This document shows positions 18,664 to 29,778 of a stretch of DNA of 64,000 bases, piece by piece. Both the position numbers and the translations under genes were made by a program. The stretch comes from Mobula hypostoma (taxonomy: Eukaryota). The DNA lies in contig NC_086097.1 in the NCBI RefSeq assembly GCF_963921235.1, positions 73,658,001 through 73,722,000 on the forward strand. Direction: 5' to 3'. Each line of letters starts with the position of its first letter. The first letter of the stretch is position 1. The notes under the pieces were generated by a model that saw only the letters and a program-made list of their open reading frames with translations, was not told the origin of the DNA and ran no database searches.

Positions 18664-19949
18664 AAACGTATAAGAGGAATTTTCTGGGACCAGCAAACCT
18701 GGAAAAGTCTGTGAGCGGTGGTGAGAAGGATCCTGCTTTGGTAGTATCGATGCTATCTGGGAAATGCATTAAATGGGAACAATTTTTAATTTACATTTAG
18801 ATTTTTTAAAGATTGACAAATGTTAAGATATGTTTTCTAATAGTGAAATTAGAAGTACATTTATCCAACGTCTACTTTAATTCAGTGTGGTTTGACTGTT
18901 CATTTGATTTTCCGTAATTCCCCTTTCATGAATGTATCAGGGCGAGCCAAGTCTGGGATCATAAAACTTCGGGACGGAGTGGTGAAGGGAACGTCACCTG
19001 CGCATTTAATGCTTTGACAACCAAGGCAAAATGATATGGATTAGTAATGACCAATGTATACAGTCTACCATAGCAGTCACTGGGATTTCCTTTTAAAAAT
19101 AATTTATTGATTATTGAGTTGCTAAAAAACAAAAAAAATGGAGTTACTACTCCATCAAAATGATTAGAAATATAAAAGATTACATGTATTTTCCACTATT
19201 TGTTCACCCACTTTTCCCGTCAGATTCTAACACTTTCTGCTGAGTACAGTGAAAACATAAAAAGGTTTAAGTACTCAGCAGGTCAGGCAACATCTGTGGT
19301 GAAGCAGGGCTGGGATTTCAGGTTGATGACCTATCATCAGAACAGAGTGGATGACAGTTGAAGTGAAACATCGAATTTGATCCGATATGTTGTCTCAGCT
19401 GTCCTGGAGACAGCCTGTAAGGCAATGTTACTATTTGCATGATACAGTTGCTCCAGAATGCAGAAGCTATTTGGACCTGTATGTTTCTCCTGTGCAGTTT
19501 GATGAAAAGATTCAGAAACAATAATGTTGCACATTGCACTTGAACAAACTTTGCTCTCTGTTCTGCTAGCCATGCCTGCACTTGCCTATAAACTATCTGT
19601 AATTAAACTTACTGTAACCAGAGAACAAAACATGTAAATCCAAATGGAAATGTGTAATGAGCAGAAAAAAAATCTTAACCACTCCAACTGCAGTAGCCCT
19701 GACCAGCATTACAGAGATTCTGAAGCCGGAATATTTTAAAGTCAGTGTCACATTAGATAAAGCTAATGAAATAAAGTAAAAAGAAGCATTGGATTAAAGA
19801 TGGGCGAGAGGCAGAAAGTGAAGGGCAAGGAAAGTTGACGTATGCAATATAAATAAAATCTGAAGAAATGGAACTCCACATATGTAAAAGGCAAATTTCA
19901 GCGTCAGAGGACTCTTTTGGCAGTACAGTAACAAGATTTGCTAAAACTC

Positions 19950-20190
19950 CACCATGGATGGCCCCAGGCCTGGCCACGCAAGGGGGAGGTTTGGGTGTGG
20001 GGTCAGCAATCCCATCCTGTAAAAACCCAGCATTGCAGAAACACCAACAGATGCTCCAAAGACCTGGGAGAGGAAGGATCTAGAAAATGGGCTACAACTA
20101 ATGCCAACTTGAAAGACAGGCCAGGTTGAGGACTTGGCTAGCTGCTTTCGGTGGCCTATGCCCCAGCAGGGGTCATTGGCTTAAGAAGAG
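19950..20190 (+). mobile_element. RTE-type non-autonomous element
   Basis: Ends ggcctatgccccagcaggggtcattggcttaagaagag; related to 2298-2590. Confidence 0.45.
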
Positions 20191-22704
20191 GTGTTTACTA
20201 AACTGTTGATTTGGACAAGACGTTAAGTTTTCTGGTGAGTTTAATGCTTATCTGTCTGTAACATGCAACATCTTCGTGCTGTTCAATATATTTTGGAGAT
20301 GTATCATGTTTTGGGCAGCAATCTTTAGTTTCCCACTTGTATCTGCATGTATGCGGTTAAGGGCCAGCTATCTGAGTGGATTAAAAGACAACAAAGTGGA
20401 CTTCATTTATCCTGCACAGTATTAGTGTTTTTGAGCCTAGATATCCGGGCAAGTGGGTCCATAACCTTGTGGATGACAGCGAGACTTAGATGAGGCAGTA
20501 AATGATCCACTTCTTGTCGAACAGATAGTCCTGGATCCATTGTAAGTAATATATTATTTATGGGAGTCTTCCAGCTCAGTTTCTGGTCAGCGGTGAATCC
20601 AAACTGGTGATGAACGGGGACTCAGAATGATCACATCCTTGACCAGCAAAGTTAGTTGTTGGCTGGCACTTGTGACATGAATATTCCATTTGTAACATCT
20701 AGCTAAGGCTTGGATGTTGTAGAATTGTCTTGGACGGGAGGCTAATCATCTTACTTCATTATGATCATTCCCATCAGTCCAACCACTATAGCTGTTTGAA
20801 TTATTCTTTCTCAGACTGCCATCCCATTCTATTTTCAAAGCACCTAGAGATTCTGTTTCCACCACCTTTCCAGGTGGTGAATTTCTAAATTATCAGCTGC
20901 TCTCTGATATATAACATGTACAGCACTGTTGGAATGGATAGGAACTATATATTATGAAGCTCAGATGGTGAACAGTACAGACAATTGATGGCACAAATTT
21001 AATTCATTCAAGAGCGCTATGATCATCTAAAACCCAGATTGCTATCCAGACATTATCATCCAGCCCATGCCAGCTGTTCTGACCACCTGTTGATTCCTCA
21101 GGACAGAGACACAGGCAATTCAGTCAAGAATACATTTGTTGCAGTTGTTCAACAATTAATCCAAAACTTGTTGCATCATCTTTTTTGAAGCTGAATTAAA
21201 TCTTTCAGCTGGCTCCAGAAATAGGAAAGCAGGGTATCCTGCTTGGAAATTCAAAGACATTTCTACAGTAGATCTCAAATCTACATTTCAGAGGGCCGTT
21301 GGCAACATGTTTTTTTTCTGTCAGAATTCCAAAGCTGTAATTACACTGTCAATTAATGACGAACTGTATCCTGACATAATCTGGGAAAATAAAATTTTCA
21401 TTTGGCTGTTTTTCCATACGATTCCACAAGGTCCTGCCTGTCAGTCATGATCTGGTGTAAAAAAACACGACACATCAGAACAAGCATAACTGAAAACTGT
21501 TCGTGCTCTCACCTATAGTGTTACTAAATGTATAATTATGAGAGTAGCCAGTAATGTTAGAATTCACAGTACATTTCTGTTGTGTAAAATAATACTTGAG
21601 TGTCATCCCTAAAAACTCTGGAGGTCAGTACACCAAATTTCATGAGGGAAAATTAAAATTAGGATCAAGAATCAACTTTGTTTGCCATAACATTTGCATG
21701 TATTGGGAATTTGCTGTGGTTTGTAGTCACGGCATGCAATAAAATCAATATTCAACAATTATAAAGAATTACATAAGATAAAGTTAGAGGTTAAAGTATA
21801 GATATGGAATAAATTGTGCATAGGTACCAGCATGTATTTACAATGTACATTAATAAGTTGTAAATCTATGACATTGATCTTTAAACTTTTCAATACCAGT
21901 TGTAATGTATACTGTAATTTGCTCCTCTACCCAGCCCCCAGAATTAACATGAGCTCCAGCTTGTAACTGACTTTGAAATTCTGGCTAACATTTCTCAACA
22001 GGCTGCAGCTGGTGACCAAGCTTATGATAAGGTGTGGTGCCCTCTACAGGGCATTTGGTACCTGTGTCTATTAAAACTGCAGGCACTTCACAATTGTTTT
22101 TCTAGTGTGATTAATGAGCATTAGATGGGTAAGTATTGTAACTGAATTTTATTTTTGTATTTCAGCGGCAAATCTGTGGTGGGGTATATCTTTTTTTCAG
22201 GATCTGAGCACCTCTGGTAGGGCCAGCAATGCCAACCCGAATTGCCTGTGAGAAGGTGGTATTGAGTAACCTACATGAACCACCGCCACACTTCTGGTGA
22301 CTGTACTTCCATTGAGAAGTGAGAAAGGGAAATTTAAACCCAGCAACAATTAAAAACCAGTGAAATATTTCCAAATCATGATGACGTGAAACTTGGAGAA
22401 GACTCTGCTGGCATTACCTTGCACTTGAAGCTTTGTGCTTCTTGGTGGCTGAGATCACAGTGTCGTAGCCCAGGCAAGTAAGTCAGCTTGTTTTTTAAAA
22501 TTCTACACACCGTAGCCTCTGTCTGCTGCTGGAGGGAATCAGTGTGCAGCTTGTGAAGAAACACGGCAAATGAACCACAGTCTACAGATTTTCTTTTATT
22601 TCTGTGCATAGTCAGGCACAGGAAATAGACATTCAGTTTTCTTTTTTATAACGCCTGAAATACTCTTGTACATTTTTTACATGTACATTGCTTAAACTCA
22701 TTAG

Positions 22705-23322
22705 CTAAGTTCCCCTTAATGTGTTGACATGAACTGTTTCATGTTGCTGGGTACACATCACTTGAGAACACCGTGGCTGCTGGCTGAAGATAAAACAACA
22801 GCAAGCGTTGGAAAAGGGAGTACTTGTGAAAGAGGTTTCTAGTTCTTTGTGGGGAGTTTTCTTTAAGCTCAACAGTGAGCACCTTTGCAGCTGACTAAAA
22901 ATCTTGGAGCTTAAAATGTTCACGTGGAAATTTTGCTCTGTGTTGCTGGAAGTGATGGAATTTTGACTTGCTCGGATTGTAACCACTGCTTCAGCTGGCT
23001 TGCTAACTTCCATTGCTCCATCAGGGCAAACATACAACTTGAGTTCCTCACGCACTAGCCCTGAACTCACATTGTTGACAGTAATTATTGAAGATGCTTG
23101 CTCAGATGGAAAGTTGCATTTAATGTGCCTGTTAAACATTTGTAGTAATGCCATCAGACTTGCTATAGCCAGCTCATTTTTTTTTACATTGCTACAGTTT
23201 GATTTCTTCTTCACAATGAGAAAAAATATGTTGGCTCTTTTCTGAATCTGATTACAATAATGCTTGTTAGGTGTTGACAGTTTTTCAGAGTATGAAAAAC
23301 AATGGACAAAGGTAAGGAGATC
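22705..23322 (-). CDS. Candidate terminal coding exon of an unidentified gene (DLLTFVHCF...VNTLRGT*)
   Basis: 206 codons with no internal stop in non-repeat AT-rich DNA; phase-0 acceptors at 23322 (ttattcag|) or 23241; AATAAA at 22595-22600. Confidence 0.35.
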   Translation of the reverse strand, partial: DLLTFVHCFSYSEKLSTPNKHYCNQIQKRANIFFLIVKKKSNCSNVKKNELAIASLMALLQMFNRHIKCNFPSEQASSIITVNNVSSGLVREELKLYVCPDGAMEVSKPAEAVVTIRASQNSITSSNTEQNFHVNILSSKIFSQLQRCSLLSLKKTPHKELETSFTSTPFSNACCCFIFSQQPRCSQVMCTQQHETVHVNTLRGT

Positions 23323-23984
23323 CTGAATAAAGGTAGTGCCACTCAGATCCAGAGACTCTGGTTTGTCCCTGACCCCTGGTGCTGTGCTGTCAGTGTAGAG
23401 CTTTCGCTGCGTGCTCTGATTTCTCCCATTGTCCCAAAGATAGGTATGATTTATTAATTGACTGCTGTAAATGACTCCTTGATTAATCTAAGCAGGTGGC
23501 CAAAGAATCAGAAGGGAGCTTATGTTAGGGAGAATAAAGTAGCAGGATTACCTGAAAATTACCTGAGTGGAAGATTGGGACTGCAGGATTGATCGCTGAG
23601 TACTAACGTGAACAGGACTGGGACTACAGGAATGATCATCGAGTACCATCGTGAATTGGATTACCTGGAAATGAGGAGAGGAAAATTGGGACTGAAGAGT
23701 TAATCGTTGTGTGCCAACATGGACAGATTGAACTGAACAGGCTCTTCCAATGTTACAGTAAATCACTTCATCATTCTACTTTTTAATTATATTTATTAGC
23801 TAATAAATTAAAGATTACCAATAATTTTACCTGCTTCAAATGCCGACTTTTAAAGGAGCCTTACACCTGTCGATTTATAACCGCTGCCACCACAGAAACC
23901 CAGCATGGGCTCACTGGGCTGAATGGCTTTGTATATTGTAGTAATGATTCTATCAATGAAAACCTGCAATCCAGTGTAAGACCG

Positions 23985-24606
23985 AAAACAACAGGAATCT
24001 GAGCAGCACACACACACAATGCTAGCACCTGTGGAAAAGAGTAAACAGTCGATGTTTCAGGCCAAAACCCTTCAGTGGGACTAGAGAAAAAAGATGAGAA
24101 GTCAGAGTAAGAAGGTGGGGGGAGGGGAGGAAGAAATACAGGGTGATGGGTGAAACTGGGAGGGGGAGGTGTGAAGTAAAGAGCTGGGAAGTCGATTGGT
24201 GAAATAGATAAAGGGCTGGAGAAGGGGGTATCTGATAGGAGAGCACAGAAGGCCATGGAAGAAAGGGAAAGGGGAGGAGTGCCAGAGGGAGGTGATGGGC
24301 AGGTAGGGAGTTAAGGAGAGAGAGCAAAAGTGAATGGGGAATGGTGAAGGGGAGGTGAGGCATTTCCAGAAGTTTGAGAAATTGATGTTCGTGCCATCAG
24401 GTTGGACGCTACCCAGACGGAATATAAGGTATTGCTCCTCCAACCTGTGGCCTCATCGTGACAGTAGAGGAGGCCATGGACTGACATGTTGGAATGGGAA
24501 TGTGAAGTGGAATTAAAATGGGTGGCCACTGGGTGATCCTGCTTTTTTTGGTGGACGGAGCCTAGGTGCTCGGCGAAGTGGTCTCCAGATCTGCATTGGA
24601 TCTGAC
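23985..24606 (-). mobile_element. Penelope-like element 3' fragment
   Basis: ORFs ATHFNSTSHSH and EEQYLIFRLGSVQPDG; decayed hammerhead at 24047-24082. Confidence 0.82.
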
Positions 24607-24647
24607 AAACTTCTGCATTCTAACTACTGAAACCTTCCACAATAAGA

Positions 24648-25171
24648 TGGCCACTTTATTAGGTACACCTCTACACCTGCCAGTTAATGCAAATATCTAA
24701 TCAGACAAACATGGTAGCAACTGGATGCACAAAAGCATGTACACATGGTCAAGAGGTTCAGTTGTTGGTCAGACCAAACATCAGACTGGGGAAGGAACGT
24801 GAACTAAGTGACTGACTGTGGAATGATTTGTAACTGACAGATGGGATGGTTTAAGTATCTCAGAAACTGCTGATTCCCTGGGATTTTCACACACAACAAT
24901 CTCTAGAGTTTATAGAAAATGCTGCAAAAAATAACAGCCAGTGAGCAGTAGTTCTTTGGGTGAAAACGTCTTGTTAATGAGGGAGGTTGAAGGGGAATGG
25001 CCAGACTGGTTCAAGCTGACAGGAGGGTGATAGTAACTCAAATAACCATGTGTTATAACAGTGGTATGCAGAGAGCATCTCTGAGCGCACAGCGTGTCGA
25101 CCTTGAAGTGAGTGCGCTACAGCAGCAGCGGACCACACCGGGTTTCACTCCTGTACCGAATAAAGTGGCCA
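24648..25171 (+). mobile_element. Internally deleted Tc1/mariner DNA transposon
   Basis: TIRs TGGCCACTTTATTAGGTACA (24648-) and TGTACCGAATAAAGTGGCCA (-25171); transposase remnant MARLVQADRR..VTQIT.CYN. Confidence 0.82.
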
Positions 25172-26133
25172 CTGGGTGCATTTTATTGCTATTTGTGGGA
25201 TTTTACTGTGCACAAAATGGCCTTTGAGTTATTCATCTAACACGTGGTTTTGTTTAAAGCAATTCACTATACATGAAGCAGTAGATACTTTTTAAAGAGA
25301 TGCACTGTAGATCATTGGAGCCTTGGATTTCCTGGCGTTCATTACTTTTATGAATGGTAATTATCTGCCGTCATTCATTCTCATCAGCCCCTTTGTCTTC
25401 CAGTATTTCTGGTACTTTCATGGTCTGTTTTTTTTTCATAAAGACAAAATATCCTCCTTCAAAGAAAGGGGTTTCCCTCCCTCCACTATTGATGCTGTCC
25501 CTCACCCACATCTCCTCCATTTCCCATACATCCACGCACACCTCATCTTCCTGCTGCTGTAATAGTCCTTCTTGTCCTTACCTACCACCCATCAGCCTCT
25601 GCATCCTACACATTATCCTCCAACTTCCGCCATCTCCAAAGTTTTCCTACCACCAAACATACCTTTACCTTCCTCCTCTCCCACCCCCCCTTTCCACAGA
25701 GATTGCTCCCTTTGCAATTCCCCTTCCCACTTGTTCCTCCCCACTAATCTCCTCCCAGGCACTTATCCCCACATGTGGCCTAAGTGCTATACCTGTCCCT
25801 ACTCCTCCTCCCTCAACATCATTCAGGGCCCCAAACAGGCTTTCCAAGTGAGACAACACTTTACCGGTGAACTTGCTGGGGTCGTCTACTGCCTCCGGTG
25901 CTCCCGATGCAGCCTCCTCTACATTGGTGAGACCCGAAGTAAATTAGGGGACCGCTTCATCGAGCACCTCCGCACCATTTGTTGCAAGTGGGACTTCCGG
26001 GTGGCCAAACATTTTAATTCTGATTCCTATTCCTGTTCTGATATGTTGATCATTGGCCTCCTCTTATGCCAAGATGGGGCCACCCTCAGGGTGAGGGAGC
26101 AATGCCTTGTCTTCTGCCTGGGTATCCTCTAAC

Positions 26134-26338
26134 TTCCAAGGCACTTAACCACACACTGCTCCAGTCCACACAGCTGAAAATGGGTTCTGGCAAAATGCTG
26201 GGGGTTAACTTTGCAATAGACTGGCATCCTATCCGGGGGGAGTCTCATACTCTCAGTCGCTTCACGCCTCAGAAACCGGCATAAGCACCGGCCTGATGAG
26301 TCTATAAGGCTCAGGACAGACTTCTAACTTTTAACTTA
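26134..26338 (+). mobile_element. 5'-truncated SINE with a MetaSINE-like central domain, 10-bp TSD
   Basis: ATCCTCTAAC at 26124-26133 and 26339-26348; (TAACTT)n-like tail; core GACTGGCATCCTATCCGGGGGGAGT...AGTCGCTTCACGC...AGAAACCGG..ATAAGC.CCGGCCTGATGAG. Confidence 0.6.
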
Positions 26339-26518
26339 ATCCTCTAACCTAATAGCATGAATATTGATTTCTGTTTCCAGTGAACAAATTCCACCTGCCC
26401 CTCAACCTCTTTATTCCCCGCTCTGACGTTTCACTTGTCATCTGCCTATTACCTCCCCCTGGGTCCCCTCCTTTCCCCTCACCCCACCTTTTATTTTTGC
26501 ATCTTTCCCCTTCCTTCT

Positions 26519-26556
26519 CAGTCCTGAAGAAGGGTCTCAGCCTGAAACATCGACTG
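26519..26556 (+). ncRNA. Minimal hammerhead motif (AUC variant) in a Penelope-like terminal repeat
   Basis: CAGTC-CTGAAGA-AGGGTCTCAGCCT-GAAA-C-ATC-GACTG. Confidence 0.6.
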
Positions 26557-28155
26557 CTTACTCTTTTCCTTCGATGCTGCCTGGCCTGCTGAGTTCCTCC
26601 AGCATTTTGTGTGTGTTGCTCTAGATTTCCAGCATCTACAGACTTTATCATCTTTGTGCTTAATTTCTCCACTGTTTCCAAAATCATTATAATTAATTCC
26701 ATCTCTATCTGTGGGGCCCCCATTTGCTCTCACTAGTTTTATTCCCTTTCAGATACATAAAATCTGTTTTAATATTTCTTGCTGATTTATCCTCTCTGTC
26801 TTGCCTTTTTATTATCAATTTCCCGGTTCTCCTTTTATGAATTTATCTCAATCCCCAGCCTATTGCTATTTCTGGCAACTTCAGTTGACTTTAATTTCTC
26901 CCATAAACCTTGGGTGGAATATGTTCCATATGGACTTTTGTGCCTTAAAAGATTATCTGTTCAGATCATGTATTATTTCTTTACATGTTTGTAATTTAAA
27001 AAACAGAGCTTCGTGGCAGTTTTCTCTTGAGTTGAACAGTTCACACCAGGGGTGTGTGGAAAGAAGTACTTTTTAATCAAGGCGGCGATCGAGATTTTGA
27101 AGGCAGAGCTTGGCGGCAGTTTTTCTGAGTTGAGGAGCGACCAATCAGCAAGCAGGGTTCATTGGAAAGGGCCAATAAGAATAATTCAAGTGCAAGCGGA
27201 GCGACCATTCTTTTGGAGTGTGCCAGTCTTTAGAGAGGCTTTAGCGCATCAGACTTGAGTGAGATCAGGATTAGGTGAGGTACATTGTCTCGTAAGTTGC
27301 TCTCTCCTGCTGTCCTTATTTGTTCATTCCTCGTCTGTTACGGCATAGTAGATTAGTGAGAATGGTTCCCAGGGTAGTGTTTTGTACTGTGTGTGGGATA
27401 TGGGAAGTCTGGGAGAGCTCCATCTGCACCAGGTGCAGGGAGCTGCAGGTCCTGAGAGAACGAGCTAAGGCACTGGAGCTGCAGCTTGATGACCTTCAAC
27501 TCATTTGGGAGAATGAGGAGGTGATAGACAGGAGCTACAGGGAGAAAGTCACCCCTAGATTGCAGGAAACAGGTAACTGGGTGACTGTCAGGAGAAGGTG
27601 AAATGCACAACCAGTGCAGAGTACCTTTGTGGCTGTTCCCCCTCAATAATAAGTATAAAACTTTAGATGGTATTGAGGGGGATAACCTACCAGAGGGGGA
27701 GCCACAGTGATCGGGTCTCTGGAACTGAGTCTGTGCTATGGCTCAGAAGAGCAGAGAGGTGAAGAGGGCTGTGACGTTGATAGGAGATTCCTTAGTCAGA
27801 GGAACACAGACATCCGGTTGGTATGTTGCCTCCCTGGTGTCAGAATCAGGGATGTGTCAGATCCGGTCCATGGCACATTCTCAAGGGCAAGGGTGAGCAA
27901 TCAAAAGTTTTGGTGCATATTGGCACCAATGACAGGTAGACAAGGTAAGGAGGTCCTGAAGAGAGATTTTGGGGAGCTAGGTAGAAAGCTGAGAAACAGA
28001 ACTTCCAGGACCAGTTAGTCTGACCTCAGTGGTTGAGAAGATGTTGAAGTTGATTATTAAGGATGATGTTTCATGGTACTTAGAGGCACATGATAAAATA
28101 GGCTGTAGTCAGCATGGTTTCCTCAAGGGAAAATCTTGTTTCACAAACCTTTTTG

Positions 28156-28800
28156 TTTAGATTAGATTATGAGAACACTCAGTCCTCTTTTTATTGTCAT
28201 TTAGAAATGCATACATGTATTAAGAAATGATACAATGTTTCTCCGGAGTGATATCACAGAAAGCAGGACAAACCAAAGACTAGCACTGACAGAACCACAT
28301 AATTATAACATATAGTTACAGCACTGCAAAGCAATACCATAATTTGATGAGGAACAGACCATGGGCACAGTAAAAAAAAGTCTCAAAGTCCCGAGTCGAT
28401 CAACTCCCGAGTCCCTGATAGCAGGCGGCAAAAGGGCGAAACTCCCTGCCATAAACCTCCAGGCACCATCAACTTGCCGATGCCTTGGAAGCAGCCGACA
28501 CTGAGTCCATCCATCCGGAAACTTCGAGCTTTCTACCAGCCTCTCCGATACAGCCTCCCGAGCGCCATTCTCTGCCGAGCGCCTTCGACCTCTCCCCGGC
28601 CGCTGAAACATGCAAAGCCGAGGATTTCGGGGCCTTCACCTCTGGAGATTCTGGTTACCACACAGTAGCAGCGGCAGTGAAGTGGCATTTCAGAAGTTTT
28701 CCAGATGTTCCTCTGTGCTCTCATGTCTGTCTCCATCAAATCAGAATTGTGCATGGTCCCCGACTTGACAGATAACAGACATCATCACCAAAGTGGCCGT
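28156..28800 (-). mobile_element. Non-autonomous retroelement (~645 bp) inserted into CR1
   Basis: Interrupts CR1 between KSCFTNL and EFFE; GC-rich head, (TCTAA)n tail; second copy at 1301-1510. Confidence 0.7.
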
Positions 28801-29396
28801 GAATTGAATTGGAATTCTTTGAAAAATTTCAAGCAGGATAGACAAAGAAGAATTGGTTGATGTTGTATATTTGGATTTTCAGAAGGCCTTTGGCAACATG
28901 CCGCACATGAGGCTGCTTAAACAGCTACGAGCCCATGGTATTACAGGGAAGATTCTAGCATGGATAAAGCAGAGGCTGACTGGCAGGAGGCAAGGAGTGG
29001 GAATAAAGGAGTCTTTTCTGGTTGGGTGCTGGTGATCCACAGGGTCTGTGTTGAGACTGATTCTTTTACGTTATATGTCAGTGATTTGGATGATGGAATT
29101 GATGGCTTTGTTTGCAGACAATATGAAGGTAGGTGGAGGGGCAGTTAGTTTTGAAGAAGAAGAGAGGCTGCAGAAGGACTGAGACAGATTAGGAGAATGG
29201 GCAAAGAAGTGGCAAATGGAATACAGTGCTGGGAAGTGTGTGGTAATGTACTTTGGTAGAAGAAATGAAACGGGTTGACTATTTTCTAAATAGAAAGAAA
29301 ATACAAAAAACTGAGGTACATAATGACTTGGGAGTCTTCGTGCAGAATTCCTTAAAGATTAATTTGCAGGTTGAGTCTGTGGTGAGGAAGGCAAAT

Positions 29397-29778
29397 GAAT
29401 TGAATTGAATTGACTTTATTTCTTACATCCTTCACATACATGGGGAGTACAAATCTTTATGTTACGTCTCCATCTAAATGTGCCATATGCAGTCATAGTA
29501 ATTAATAATAAATAGAACAGTCAATGTAATATAGAGTACACTCAGATCAGTGTGAGTTCATCAGTCTGATGGCCTGGTGGAAGAAGCTGTCCCGGAGCCT
29601 GTTGATCCTGGCTTTTATGCTGAGGTATCATTTCCCAGATGGTAGCAGCTGGAATAGATTGTGGTTGGGGTGATTTGGGTCCCCAATGATCCTACGGGCC
29701 CTTTTCACACACCTGTCCTTGTAAATGTCCTGAATCATGGTCTGTCTGCACTACTCTCTGCAAAGTCCTCCGATTAAG
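29397..29778 (-). mobile_element. Rex1/Babar 3' end nested in CR1
   Basis: (CAATT)n tail; same subfamily as the 3' end at 44800-45110. Confidence 0.75.

Larger units (their letters stand above)
25445..26645 (+). mobile_element. Penelope-like element fragment (GIY-YIG), split by a SINE at 26134-26338
   Basis: ORF 25572-26132 GVVYCLRCSRCSLLYIGET; sequence resumes after the insert and ends in the terminal repeat. Confidence 0.85.

Noticed and set aside
23831..23963. 133-nt AG/GT-bounded segment, phase-compatible with the 22.7-23.3 kb frame
   Set aside because: It has an in-frame TAA, and half of it resembles an antisense CR1/SINE 3' tail (gcatgggctcactgggctgaatggc...gattctat).
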